Source of the DNA: Octopus sinensis
Lineage: Eukaryota
DNA length: 64,000 bases
Direction: 5' to 3'
Assembly (NCBI RefSeq): GCF_006345805.1
Contig: NC_043020.1
Location: 25,234,001 to 25,298,000, forward strand
Shown: positions 13,249 through 26,829 of the stretch, piece after piece
Position numbering within the stretch: position 1 is the first letter of the stretch
How the letters are laid out: each line of letters starts with the position of its first letter
The notes under the pieces: model-generated
What the model saw: the letters and a program-made list of their open reading frames with translations, nothing else
Told to the model about the DNA's origin: nothing
The model's database searches: none
Made by a program: the position numbers and the translations under genes

Positions 13249-13875
13249 TAATAATATAGGGTGAAATTAATTAATTTGGAATAATCATTAATTTCACCAA
13301 GTAGATTTCGGCATGTAAAAGCCTCATTCGAGGAAAGTTTAAGTAATACTAAGTAATTAAGGGTTTAGCAACGATTTGCCTCACCACACACCGAAATTTA
13401 GAAATAGCAGTCAAAGAGTTATAGCTATTCTTTCTACTAAAAGGGAGATCTCAGTAAAACCACAGGACTTGAAAGGCAAACACAGACAGGCAAGAGAGGA
13501 AGAAATGACGGCAATCTATCATACAATTTTAAGTCACCTACGGACGTACGTTTCGAAATTAAGTTTTAGGAAAGCATAAGAATTAGATAATTATGTCTTA
13601 CCCAACTTCTTTTCTCATCAGCGTAGGACACTACAATTATGAATAATTGTATATTAAATTTCGAGGTACTAGAAGGCATCATCTCAACTCAGTATCAGAG
13701 CGAGCTAAAGCCGTTACCAGTATCACCAAATTCAAAGTGTGAATGAAAGTTTGTGTCACCAACCCCTTCCCACCAGCGTGTAGCCAAGACAAGATGTTGT
13801 GGTCATTTACTGGGATGAAATATGGTTATCAGTAATAATATAGGGTGAAATTAATTAATTTGGAATAATCATTAA
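13247..13875 (-). mobile_element. PLE pseudo-LTR-like non-coding unit with partial tandem terminal repeat and HHR
   Basis: AGTAATAATATAGGGTGAAATTAATTAATTTGGAATAATCATTAAT repeated at about 13247 and 13831. HHR at 13537-13627. Abuts (TA)n. Related to the element at 17355-17880. Confidence 0.65.
13537..13627 (-). ncRNA. Canonical type I hammerhead ribozyme with long stem II
   Basis: Minus strand: CCUACG CUGAUGA GAAA [about 50 nt] UUUC GAAAC GUAC GUC CGUAGG. Perfect 6-bp stem I; palindromic stem III ACGUACGU. Confidence 0.85.
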
Positions 13876-13890
13876 TTATGAACTTGTAGG

Positions 13891-14232
13891 ATGATCCCAG
13901 TCATTTCGGCCATGAATGACCATGGGATTGCACCTCGAAAGTTACCCTCCCAAGCACAAGTCCGGGCAAGGTTGTTTGTGGAAGGCCAGCAGTCGCCCCT
14001 ACATACCAGCCTCCCACTCTCCACACTACCAACGTTATCCAATGGAAAGGCAAAGACCAATACAGCTTAGCACCAGTGACGTCGCAAATCTTTCTTACAG
14101 CTGAGTGAACTGCAGCAACGTGAAATAAAGTTTCTTGCTCAAGAACACAACACGCAGCCTGGTCCGGGAATCGAACTCACAACCTCACGATCGTAAGCTC
14201 GACGCTCTAACCACTGAGTCATATGCCTTCAC
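13891..14232 (-). mobile_element. tRNA-derived SINE, family B
   Basis: Minus-strand head GTGAAGGCATATGACTCAGTGGTTAGAGCG...GAGTTCGATTCCCGG (Pol III A/B boxes). Homologous to 40829-41193. Confidence 0.85.
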
Positions 14233-14344
14233 TAATGAGTTGTAGGTACGTGGTATTTCATTATGCAACCATACTATCCTATAAAGTATATTAAATGTAT
14301 TTTATAAGTCAACACCACGTTCTACTGAGTTAGCAGTGCGTTTT

Positions 14345-14527
14345 ACATTATTTTGTTGAGTTTATTTCTACAGATTTTCTACAGAGATTATAACCAGCAC
14401 TGAGATTTTGCTACAACGTTTCGTATCGAGACGTCAGGTGTAAACAAACAATGAGATCGAAGACAAAATCCACTGTGACTGTAATTTCTAAAGAATTTCT
14501 GTAGAAATAACCTCAACAAAATAGTGT
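14345..14527. repeat. MITE-like inverted repeat
   Basis: ACATTATTTTGTTGAGTTTATTTCTACAGA ... TCTGTAGAAATAACCTCAACAAAATAGTGT. Confidence 0.7.
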
Positions 14528-14569
14528 TCTAGATTTCTGTTATTTATTAAATGGAAATTTGATAAACGA

Positions 14570-15100
14570 TGATCAAAATGGGATCGTCAAGCAGAATTGG
14601 AAAACAGAGAATGCAGAAATAGACCGAAGAGTTTCAAAGACCAACTGCGTCAAGATTAACTGTTTATAGAATACGTGACAACTCTGAGCTGACCGGATAT
14701 CAGCTGCAATGCACAGAAAAGTGATCGACCGGTCATTGTTACAACAGAAGGAAATGAAATGCTTGTGGCCCAAGCATTCACCCAAAGACCCCAGAAATCA
14801 ATAAAGAAGTCTTCTAATGCACTATGGTTCCCCGCAAACTTCCTGGTCGACTTATGAATCGCTTGGAGTTAAAAAGAAATAGAGAATTTAAAAGAACATT
14901 CCACACATACAAAGCAACTGTATACCTACTTATGTGTACCATTGTATTAGTAGACTCTCCCTCAAACCACAGCTACCTTCATAAATTTTTTAAAGTATTG
15001 CGACCGTTTAAGTTGTCGATTTCAACGGCTGCTGCTTCTCTCGGGGCTGATCGCTGTAGATAAGTTTATTTCCAAACATCCTTTTCGTTCAGTAAACTTT
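14570..15100 (+). mobile_element. Possible Tc1/mariner remnant
   Basis: Only a degenerate LWPKHSP (WPxxSPDL-like) motif near 14765. Confidence 0.3.
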
Positions 15101-15178
15101 TATAGCATTTCTACACTACTTCCTCTTCGGTGTGTGTTTGTAAGGCGGGCAACCGGGATGGTATAGATAGATAGATAA

Positions 15179-15244
<66 letters not shown>

Positions 15245-15874
15245 GTGCAGAATGAGCAGAAAAAAGAGTGATTGATATGCGTTTATGTGTGTGTGTGTAT
15301 GTGTGTGTGTGTGTGTGTATTTGCGTATACATGTGTGCATGTATGTTTAGTGCTTATTTATTGAAAGTCTTTCTCGTGACATCAATTTTGTGCACTCACG
15401 ATCTTCAGGCGAGAACTGTTACAATTTTGCTTCATTCTACATTTATATTTACTGGTGTACGTGTTTGCGTGTTTTATTTCTTAGATTTGTCGCCATGTAT
15501 TGCTGTGGCCAGTGGTTTCCTTTCCTTTATATTTCTTAATGGAAGCACTTTCTTAAATTATTTCAGGTGTTTTATTATCATCGACTTCCATAATTAACGA
15601 ATTTAATTCTTACTCTAATTAAGGCTATTCATGTGTTTCTTGGTAATATTTTGTTCACTTTTGTTTGTTTCTAAGGTCACCCTTTTGGGGGGGTCGATTG
15701 CGTTTGCACATATCGAGTCATGGTAGAAGAGGATGGTTGGAGGATTTTTCCTTCTTTTTCTTTTTTGGCATTGTTACGAAATTTTCAAGACTTCTTTGTT
15801 TCTATATTTTGTTCCTTTTATTATTGGTTTCATCATTTTAACGGCAAAACTAATTGAAGAAATCTTTTATCTCC

Positions 15875-16310
15875 TATGCTTTACTTGTTTCAGTCATTAG
15901 ACTGCGGTCATGCTGGGGCACCGCTTTGAGTTTTTAGTCGAATAAATTGACCCCAGTGCTTTTTTATTAAGCTTGTTACTTATTCTATTGGTCCATTTTG
16001 CCGACCGCAATATCATAGGGACGTAAACACACAAACACCGGTCGTCAAGCGGTACTGGGACACAAGCATGGACGATGATATATACACATAAATGCATACG
16101 CACACACACACACACACACACATACACACACACACACATACACACACACATATATATATACGATGAGTTTCTTTCAGTTTCCGTCTACCAAATCACTATA
16201 GCCATGGTCAGTCATGGCTATAGTAAGAGACACTTGCCTTAGTTGTCAAGCAGTAGGACTGAATCCGGAAGCATATGGTTGGGAAGCAAGCTCCTTACCA
16301 CGCGGCTCCG
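15875..16310 (-). mobile_element. SINE family A with internal (CA)n and tail
   Basis: Reverse complement of the 37388-37770 element (TTCTTTCAGTTTCCGTCTACCAAATC; TTACTTGTTTCAGTCATT). Confidence 0.85.
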
Positions 16311-16511
16311 CCAGTGCATTGTTTAATGTAACAGCTTAGGGGTATCGCATATTGTGAAAGGTGTTTCATGACCGAGTTGATTTTACAAAAAGGTTTTCAA
16401 TTTTGTTTTGGTGTAAAGAATTTGTCTGTGAGGCTACATGAATGTTTATACTTGTTTATTTCATTGAAAAGCATGTTTTTTGAAAAATCACTTTTTAGGT
16501 GTTTGTTTGTG

Positions 16512-16790
16512 TGTATGTATGTATGTATGTATGTATGTATGTATGTATGCATGTATGTATGTATGTATGTATGTATGTATGTATGTATGTATGTATGTAT
16601 GTATGTATGTATGTATGTATGTATGTGTGTATGTATGTATGTATGTATGTATGTATGTATGTATGTATGTATGCATGTATGTATGTATGTATGTATGTAT
16701 GTATGTATGTATGTATGTATGTATGTGTGTATGTATGTATGTATGTATGTATGTATGTATGTATTTATGTATGTATGTATGTATTTATTT
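16512..16790. repeat. (TATG)n microsatellite
   Basis: Direct reading. Confidence 0.95.
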
Positions 16791-17244
16791 ATGCACTATG
16801 TAAGTATACATGAGTTTTATACTGTTTTCTCATCAGATGGCCAATTGCTACATCCCTTCTCTCCTCGGAGGTGTATCATGCACATGTAAGCTTCTACCCC
16901 CAGAAGCATAGAAGCCACGGAAATCGGAACATGATCCGTCTTAAGGAATCGCTCGGCGGGTAAAACAGGGAGACTCTAAAAACTGTGCGAGGGAAAATAC
17001 GCATTCTTAATAAACGAACGAATTCTCTCATTCCCTCTCTGCCCCATCTCAGCCTCTCTATCTCGGGGAGGAGTTGGGCGGGGGCTCGATGCGGAATATT
17101 GACTTCACCGACATTCAGCGTTTTGCAACCGACCTCTGTCGGAGATACGCGAATCTCATTAATTTGTATAACAGTTTAAAAATGACCAACAAGAATTAAT
17201 TATCAGAGAGCACAGCATAGGGACGTCCTACACAAATACACACA

Positions 17245-17299
<55 letters not shown>

Positions 17300-17354
17300 T
17301 ATATATATATATAGATATATATATATACATATATATACATATATGTATTATATA

Positions 17355-17880
17355 AAAATATGGTAAAGTAAAAAAATTCACTTTACCACACACCGAACTT
17401 TTCAGAAATAGCAGCCAAAAATATGGCTATTTCTTCAACTGCAAATAAAAGTCTCCAGACAATGCATACTCAGAAAATAACTCACATAGGTATAAGGGAA
17501 AAACAATGAAAGATCACATCCATATACGATACCCGAGGACAGTCTGTTCTGGATTGTGGGTAAAACGCCACTTTTCCTTCATCAGCTCAGAGATTTCTTC
17601 TGATTTAGATTTGAAAATACTAAGAATCAACATACCCGTCCGATATCTGTAACATCGGACAAACCATGCCAGACACCCAGTACTAGCGAATCCAAAAATA
17701 CGAATGAGATCTATTATTCTCCCTGTCCACCCACGTGAGTCATAGAGCATTACATTTTTTACTTTACCATATTTTTATAAATTAATACTTCAAATACACC
17801 GTAAATGGTCTTTACATACCGAATACTGCTTGGTCGAATTTATTAACAATTAATTAATTCTACCCCCTTTTTTGATGACT
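17355..17880 (-). mobile_element. PLE terminal remnant with a degenerate HHR (17533-17590) and an inverted terminal segment
   Basis: Similar to 13380-13450. Minus strand CUGAG CUGAUGA ...GUGG..CCAC.. GAAC AGACU GUC CUCGG. TATAAAAATATGGTAAAGTAAAAAA (17351) is inverted at about 17755-17779. Confidence 0.55.
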
Positions 17881-17887
17881 ATAGTAT

Positions 17888-17936
<49 letters not shown>

Positions 17937-18157
17937 TATATATATTATTTTCATTATATACGCGTGTGATTTAAATAAAAGCAAAGATAAGCTTAGCTGT
18001 GATATTGAATTAATTAATTAAATGACGTTACTAATGTTTGCACTGTTTGAAATTTAGACAACCAGCTTAGATCTGACAGGGATTGGATATAAAGTATTGT
18101 TTGTGTGTGTGAGAGTGCGTGCGTGTGTGCATGTGCGTGTACATTCATACATATGTT

Positions 18158-18227
<70 letters not shown>

Positions 18228-18787
18228 TAGATATACATTTGCATATATATATGTATGTGTATGCATATATATATATATATATATATATAAACATATTGAG
18301 AGACATAAAGAGAGAGAAACACATATGTATGAGTGCATGCATATATACACACACGCATACATATATGAATAGGTATATATATGTATATACTTATGTGTAT
18401 TAGTATGTGTGTGTGTGTGTCTATGTATATAATCATATAGACTATGTACGTATAAAAATTTCCATGCAAAGTTAAATTTCCCGAAATGTAATCTTAAATG
18501 AAGTGTGAATATCGAACCCGGGACCGTTCACTTCGTGAAATCAATCTTTTTATACATTTATTATATTTCTATATTGGTTGTCAGTCATAGAAAATCAAAG
18601 CACGCACGCACACATTCATATACTCGTGCGGACATATATTTAGACAACTGCATAGAGATATATGCGTGTGTGCGTGTGTATTTGAGCGTGTAGAAATATT
18701 TATGCATGCGTATGTATGTATTCATGTGCATTTATGTAATTATTTACAAACACGACACACATATATGTGTATATATATATACATACA

Positions 18788-18838
<51 letters not shown>

Positions 18839-18874
18839 CATATATATGTATATATATATATATATATAATATAT

Positions 18875-18929
<55 letters not shown>

Positions 18930-19072
18930 TATATATTATATATATATATATATACATATATATGTGTATATATATATATATATTATATATATATATTATA
19001 TATATATATACACATATACAAATATATATGTAAAGATATAAATACATTATTTCGTGTGTTTGTGAGTACGTA

Positions 19073-19114
<42 letters not shown>

Positions 19115-19862
19115 CAGTGCGTACGAGAAATACACGAGTAAAATAAAAAGAAAACTCCAATAGAAAATACTAAAACCAAGATAAATAAGAGAAGCACACA
19201 CAGCAAAAAAGAAAAGCCGCAGTAATATCTCGATAATGAGTCACGAGACACTATTTCCAGTCAAGCAGGAGAACTTCATTAAAAGTGCTATGATGACGGC
19301 AATAAGAACAACAACAACTACGATGACGGAAACAACAACAACAACAATAGTCGAGTTACATTAAAGTGATGTGAAATTCTTTTAAATTATCTTCCTTTTG
19401 AAATATAAATATAGATTGGTAATTTTAGAGTGTTTGAGGAGAGGTTGGTTTTTTATTTCAATATTTTAATATGTATTTATTTATATACGCATATACGCAT
19501 ATATATATATATAATATATATCATATATAATATATAACATATGCGTGTGAGTTTGAGTGATTGAGTGTTTGTGTGTGTATGTGCGTGTGGTTTTTTTAGG
19601 TTATCTTTCCTGGCTGGCCGGCCGGTTAGGTGGATGTTTGGTAGAGTGGACGGTTCAGTTTGCGCATGTGTGTGTGTGCGTGTGTGCATATGTGCGTGTG
19701 TGTGTGTGTGAGTGTGTGTGCGTGTGTGTTTGTGTGTGTGTGTGCGTGTGAGGATGGGCAGGTGTTTCAAATATAAAGTAAAGCATAAATATATGTGTAA
19801 GTATGTATAACTATACGTCAGTAAGTAGATAGACAGACAAACAGACAAACAGGCAAACAGAC

Positions 19863-19905
<43 letters not shown>

Positions 19906-19909
19906 TAGA

Positions 19910-20036
<127 letters not shown>

Positions 20037-20719
20037 GCGTATGTAGTTATCTTTGTAATAGCATATATGTGCTTGTATTTCTTAACACACACACACACTC
20101 ACGATGGCTTGCGTATTCTATGAATATCTCTATATAGGACAATCTCAATATTTTTCGATGACAAGATCAATCATGGCGTTGTTGATGATGATAGTGATGA
20201 TGTCGAGGAGGAAGCGGAGGAGGAGATAAGAAAGCAAGAAGAAACGGTAAAGAAATTTTCAAAGGTTTCTATTAATTTACGAAGAAGGCCAATTAAATAT
20301 TTATATTAAAAGTAAGAAATTAAAATGCTAATAATAATAATAATAATAATAATATTAATAATAACAACAACAAAAAGAATAATAATGGTTATAACTGGTA
20401 TTATTATCATTAATAATATTATTACTTATGTTTTAATAACCATTTCTAAATAAAATTTCTTACTTAATAATACTATCATGAATTTTTAAAAATTAAACTA
20501 ATAATTCTAATTAGAAGAAGAAGAAGAAGAAGAAGAAGAAGAAGAAGAAGAAAATCAGTAAGGATTGTATCAATTTTCATTTTATTGAATTTTCCCGAAG
20601 ATCAAATGTATATTTTAAAACAAATGAAAAATCAGTAGTAGTAGTAGTTGTAGTAGTAGTAGTAGTAGTAGTAGTAGTGTAGTAGTAGTAGTACTAGCAG
20701 CAGCAGCAGCAGCAGTAGT

Positions 20720-20767
<48 letters not shown>

Positions 20768-21260
20768 CCAGCAGCAGCAGTAGTAGTAGTAGTGGTGGTG
20801 GTAGAATAAAACTAAGGGCGAAAAGCACAAAGACACGAAGTAATAAATGAAAGCCGAAGACAAAATAATTGAGATCGGAAGAAATATAAAAATTTTTAAA
20901 AATCATATATTTTCTAAAAATAGGGACATGCAGACCCTTTATACATACATACTTACACACATACATGTGGGTGCTCGAGTGTTAAGCGTATCTGTGTGTG
21001 TATATATATATATATATATACGTATATTCAGAGACGCTTATCCACGTATGTATGTGTACTATAAATGCTTGCATATACACTGTATATACATTTATGATAT
21101 GCATTAACGCATATATATAAATATTGATAACAATATAGGTAAATGCATACAGGCATATGTGTGCGAAAATATATACACCTGTGTATATCTTTATTGACAT
21201 ATATGAATATGTGTGCATATATATCTGCATATATTTATATTTGCCTGCCTCTCTCTCTCC

Positions 21261-21323
<63 letters not shown>

Positions 21324-21409
21324 CACATACGTATATATTTATATATACACACACATATATATAGTAACAATAAGATATTATGATATATATATATTTACAT
21401 ATATCTATG

Positions 21410-21443
<34 letters not shown>

Positions 21444-22008
21444 CCTACATGTGTATACACACACACATATATATACACACACTAAAATGAGCTCGAAATA
21501 TAAAAGCAGAAATATAGTTTGAAGTCATTAGTCCTTTGAATTTTGTATGAATCCCTTTGACAATCAAACAGGAAGAACGATGCTGCACCGCATTTAAAAA
21601 AATGGCGGATATAAATTAATAGTTGTGGTTTTGAATTTAATGGGTATAAATTATTAAAAAAATAGACAACAGAAGGAAAATAAGGAATCATCGTTGTTAA
21701 AAATAGAGGGAAGAATGTGAAGAGATGGATACGAGGAAAATTGAAAGACGCCTCTTTTACCGCAAAACACAAAACACACCTTGGTATAAAAATGATCATT
21801 TGATTGAGGCAGACGATACGATACGGCAGATGATTGGAAAGTATGCTATTTTGCTCTCCTTTGTTCTTCATAAGTGTGCGTATGTGTGTACGTATATATG
21901 CGTGTGTGTGTGTATAATGAGTATATATACATTGTTTCTCACTAACACACAGATGTGTATGAGTGAGAGATAGTGTGTGCATATATATGTGTATATGTCT
22001 ACGTGTAA

Positions 22009-22048
<40 letters not shown>

Positions 22049-22185
22049 ACGAGCGTTTGCGTGCGTGTGTGTCTGTGTGTGTACATATGCAGAAAGAACG
22101 GGGAGAAAGAAATGAGAAATATCGTGCTAATAAAAATGATAGAGTTATAGTGGACAAATAACACTCATTGATAGATAGATAGATA

Positions 22186-23185
22186 TGTTTCTTTATTAGC
22201 CACACAGATTACAAAGTAGAGCTTTTCTTTATGGGGAGAATAAAAAAGGGGGGTAGGTTTTCGATCAGAAGGGATCGTAAAAAGGAAAGAAAAAAAGAAA
22301 AAAAAGCAAGAAAAGAAAAAACAGAAAAGAAAAAATGATTAATAGGAATCGTGTATCACAGAAATGTCATGATGTAAAGTGTAAAGGGGGAAGCAGATAG
22401 GGTTTATCCGTGGAAAGAAAAGCCTACTGAAAAGACCACGGTAACCTCGGTCAATAATGTCACATGTTAACACATTTGTTTGCAAGTAGGTAACCCTCTG
22501 TTTTAAATTTTTCCGGGTTCATAGGATTTGCTCAACGTGGTTTCGTCATTCAAACGTGCCATCCTTGCTACATTCACCCATCTTTTTTTTAAACATTCGC
22601 TAGACAAAACTTGCCTCTCTACTCTCACTTTCCCTTTCAGGTGATACTTGAAGATGAGGGATTGACCAGAGAGGAAAGTGTTTGTCTCCAATCCTTTCAG
22701 ACGCGTCCACCAAATACATTCTTTCGCCATAGCCACAAGAATGATGAAAATAGCTCTTCCTTCCCGTTTGAAGGAAGAAGGCGTGACAATATTGACGATA
22801 GACTCGGCTGATAAACCGACTCGTCCCACACGTGACAGCAGTCGTTCGACATAATCCCACAGGTCGGAAATTGTTGGACACTGCACGAGTGCGTGCAGAA
22901 CGGTTTCGTTGCTCTGACCGCATCTCAGGCAGGTCGGCACCGTGTTTCTCGAGCTGTGTCTGTAGAGTTTATCCTGAACGGGTAGCGCTTCTCGGTAGCA
23001 CTGCCAGGCCAGGGATCTCTGGAAGTTGTCCATGGGTCCTGGCCCGAAAGTCGTCCTGAACAGGCGGGTCAGGTATTCCTCGTCGACGTCCAGGTTCGCC
23101 CCGAGCTCGTCGTCGTACCTTCCCTCCACTAATCCCCTATAGAATGCTCAAGGTCGATCCGGGACGGCATAGTTGCTTGAGAGCG
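22186..23185 (-). mobile_element. 5'-truncated Tx1/L1-clade LINE flanked by (GATA)n
   Basis: ORF 22503-23129 has WQCYREALPV..CLRCGQSNETVLHALVQC (zf-RVT). Near-identical to 58750-60057. Confidence 0.9.
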
Positions 23186-23200
23186 TAGATAGATAGATAA

Positions 23201-23336
<136 letters not shown>

Positions 23337-23389
23337 GGAGGAAATAAACACATGAGAGCAAAGTGCTCTCTCTCTCTCTTACGATTTAC

Positions 23390-23537
23390 AGGATCATGCT
23401 CAAAGTGGTTTCGTCACTCGCACGCACCATCTTTGCTACATTCACCCACCTTTCTTTCACGAGACAAAACCTGCCTCTCCATTCTCATCTTCCTTTTCAA
23501 GTGGTACTTGAAAAAGTTGATGAACGATAGGCCAGAG
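23390..23537 (-). mobile_element. Short Tx1 ORF2 3' fragment of a related subfamily
   Basis: Similar to 59135-59290; abuts (GATA)n. Confidence 0.75.
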
Positions 23538-23544
23538 ATAGATC

Positions 23545-23647
<103 letters not shown>

Positions 23648-25878
23648 GTGCAGACATATAGAGTTTTAGTGATGAATTAACGATTTAAAATATGTTCTCT
23701 GATATTCTTTTAAAATGCAATAAAAAAAAATTTACTGGTTCATTATGAGGGAGCTCATCTCAGGCCGAGGTGTATACTCGACTGTGAGTACATGAAACCC
23801 TCCCCGGACAGGACACCAGGACATTGCAAGTTCAATTTCCACTGCAACTGCTGCTGCTGTTGTTGTTGTTGTTGTTGTTCATTTTCAGGGATGTAGCTAT
23901 CAGATACATTAAATGAAAATGTCTTGCGCAAGGACACAACTACCCATCCGAACTGAGATTCAAGCTCGCGACCTCTAAGCTCGTAAACACAGTGCTTTAT
24001 CCAGAAGTCTATGCATCTAAGTCTCCGTAGACAAGGGCTAAACTTACAACACTGCGAAGAACTAATTTATATGGTGCATGGCATGTTGTGAAATGAATTT
24101 CCCTGCAAAATATGTATACAATCCCCATCGTATTTTTATTTAATTTATATTTTGATTCCATTAAAGCAAATAAAACAAGAGGAAAATTTTTCACCGTTAT
24201 TTTCAAAAAACAAATTGATGAATGATTTTTATCTTCACAATCCATCGTAAGAGCTGTTCAGTATGAGTAAAATAGTGCTTCGTAGATGAGGACTAATAAG
24301 GCCGAAATAAGTACTTTCCAAAGAAGTGACTGCCTATTCACTGCCTGCTTCTATTAATAATTCATTTCGCTTTCTGAATTTTCTCCTTTACATTTCATCT
24401 AAAAAATTACCATTAATGCCTATGATAATTTTATCTTTCTATTCATTAAGTAATAAATTAAATTTAATAATCGTTTTTGTTATTAATATTGCAACCCATA
24501 TTGGTATTGGTTATTTTGCCATGGATCATATCTTATAAGGTGTAGAGTGTCTGTGAGTTGTTGTGCAAGCCTTATTGTACCTAAAATTCTAGGTTGCGAG
24601 ATTATCGGCGTGGAGACTTTTCCGATACCCGATTCAGTGGCTTCTATGTTTAATATATAGACATTCTGACTGATAAACCATTTCTTGTTCTAACCGCTAG
24701 AAACATAAAAACTGAACAACAAAGACGAAAACGCCACTACATACATACATACATACTGTTATGTCGCAATACTACACAGTGGCTGTGTGAGCTACGAAGT
24801 CCTCGTCGCCATTGTTATGTCGCATGTTCGGATACCTTCTACTCAACCTACACTGCTCGACGGCTAAGCTTCTCCCTATATATCTACGTATTGGGCTAGA
24901 CCACTTCATCGTCTGGGGGCGTCCACACAACACATACATACATACATACATATACACATACATACATACATACATACAAATATACATACATACATACATA
25001 TACACATACATACATACAATTATACATACAAACATACATACATACATACGTATGCATGAGAATACATACATAAAATATACATACATAGGTACATAATGTG
25101 ACTGTGTGTGTATACATATTAGCTTTCTCAGCGTTTACCGCCGTCTAGGGCGGTAAACGAATATTTCCCGACACATACTAATTGCCTCCTATGTGCTTTT
25201 TTTCTTTTTGTCGCTAATAGCTAATCTATTCACGGCCCACCTGCTTTTCGCGACATTACTGGCTCTTTAGCCAGTGTAAATTATATCGGTTTAAATGATT
25301 TTTGATCTGGCGTTCGATGTTTAGTTGACTGTGGCTGACGATCCGTAATATGGTAAAATCGTGTGGTATAACAGTATCATCCGCTGATGCTGCAAAACTA
25401 TGTTCAACTTATATCTGTGCTTTTTTAGCATTTGTCCTCTCCGCGAGATGATTGCTCGGGATGCAAACGAAGTCCTAGGCATTATAAACAATACATCCAA
25501 GCTTGGTTGAATGTGCTAATATATATATATATATATATATATTAGAGTTTTCGTTTCAGATGCAATGATTTTAGTTTGTTATCCTATATCAGCAACGACG
25601 AATTTTGCTTAGCTAACGGTTGCCAGTGGAAACGTGCTAACGACAAAACCCAAAGTAATACGTCCAGCATTGTCACCGCCGTTCCTGCACGATTTTCAGC
25701 TGCTACTGATATTTTTGTGCTTTTTTTACACCGTACGTTCATAAAAGACATTATCACTAGAGGAATGCCACAGTTAATTTGACTTTACTTGATGTATTTG
25801 GAGTACGTATAATACACAACTGGTTATTACATACTCTGAGTATGTATATATGTATATGCACATATATATATGTATATG

Positions 25879-25919
<41 letters not shown>

Positions 25920-25925
<6 letters not shown>

Positions 25926-26230
25926 TTTAATCCAAACGGGAAAACAGAAAAAACAACAACACGTGGAACAATTACAGTATTATTATTAATAGGCGCTCAG
26001 GAAAGATGGAAGCAGGAAGGTATGACGTTTCGAGCGGAGCTCTTCGTCGGAAACATAGAGAAGGAAGAGAGAGGAAAGAAAGATCCCAAAGTAGGCAACA
26101 AGAGGGAGAGAAAAGAAAAACGACTGGTGTTTACGAAGTACACATGGTGAAAGGCAGAAGTTTACGATAACAAGAGCAAAGTAGGTTTTTAAAGCCAAAA
26201 GAGTGGAGGGAGACAGGGTTGGTAACGCAA
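25920..26230 (-). mobile_element. PLE terminal remnant with a minimal HHR motif (26020-26057)
   Basis: Minus strand: UAUGUUU CCGACGA A GAGC UCC GCUC GAAAC GUC AUAC. Lies downstream of the minus-strand GIY-YIG at 28600-29160. Confidence 0.55.
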
Positions 26231-26829
26231 CGGATGTGTGTGTATGTGTGAGTGTGTGCGTTGTGTGTGTGTATGTGTGGTGAGGCGAGATAAAAAAAAC
26301 AAAAAATATATGTATATGTTAGTGTGTGCGTCTGTGTGTAGGCGTGTGAGGTAGGGCGAACAGTAGTAGGCAGCAGACAGTGGTCAGTAGTAAGAAAATG
26401 AAGGAAGGAGGAAGGGAGGGAGGGGAAGGGAGGGAGGGGAAGGGAGGGAGGGGAAGGGGTGGGGGCGTATGTAACGTGGCAGCGTGTGTGTTGAGTAGTA
26501 GTGTGTGTGTGTGTCCAGTGTCGTAGTTGTATTAATGGCGAGTAGATTTGAAGTGTGTGTAAGAGTAATGTATATATTTAAGCAATGTGTGTGTGTGAGT
26601 GGGTGTATGTATGTGTGCGCGTGTGTGTAACAAAAAAGGGGGGGTTATAAGGAAAAAGGACTCCAGCTGAGGGGAAGATGGAAGAGTGGTCCCGCGGAGA
26701 CGGGCGTGGGAGAACCCAACGACAGGCGAGGGCCCCAGGAACGAGCGGGAGGTCTCGTCGGGTCCAAGAGCGAGGTGCATGCATGCGCGTATGCGTGCGC
26801 GAACCGGCGCAAGCGCGTGTGTGCGCGCG

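Noticed and set aside
14150-14232. tRNA gene (A/B boxes; also 41110-41193 and 29480-29535)
   Set aside because: No complete cloverleaf; continues into a shared SINE body.
14408-14440. Minus-strand CUGAC GU..AC GAAACGUU
   Set aside because: Core lacks GA; lies within a MITE-like hairpin.
24280-24315. UAGAUGAGGACUAAUAAGGCCGAAAUAAGUA
   Set aside because: Core and stems too degenerate to support.
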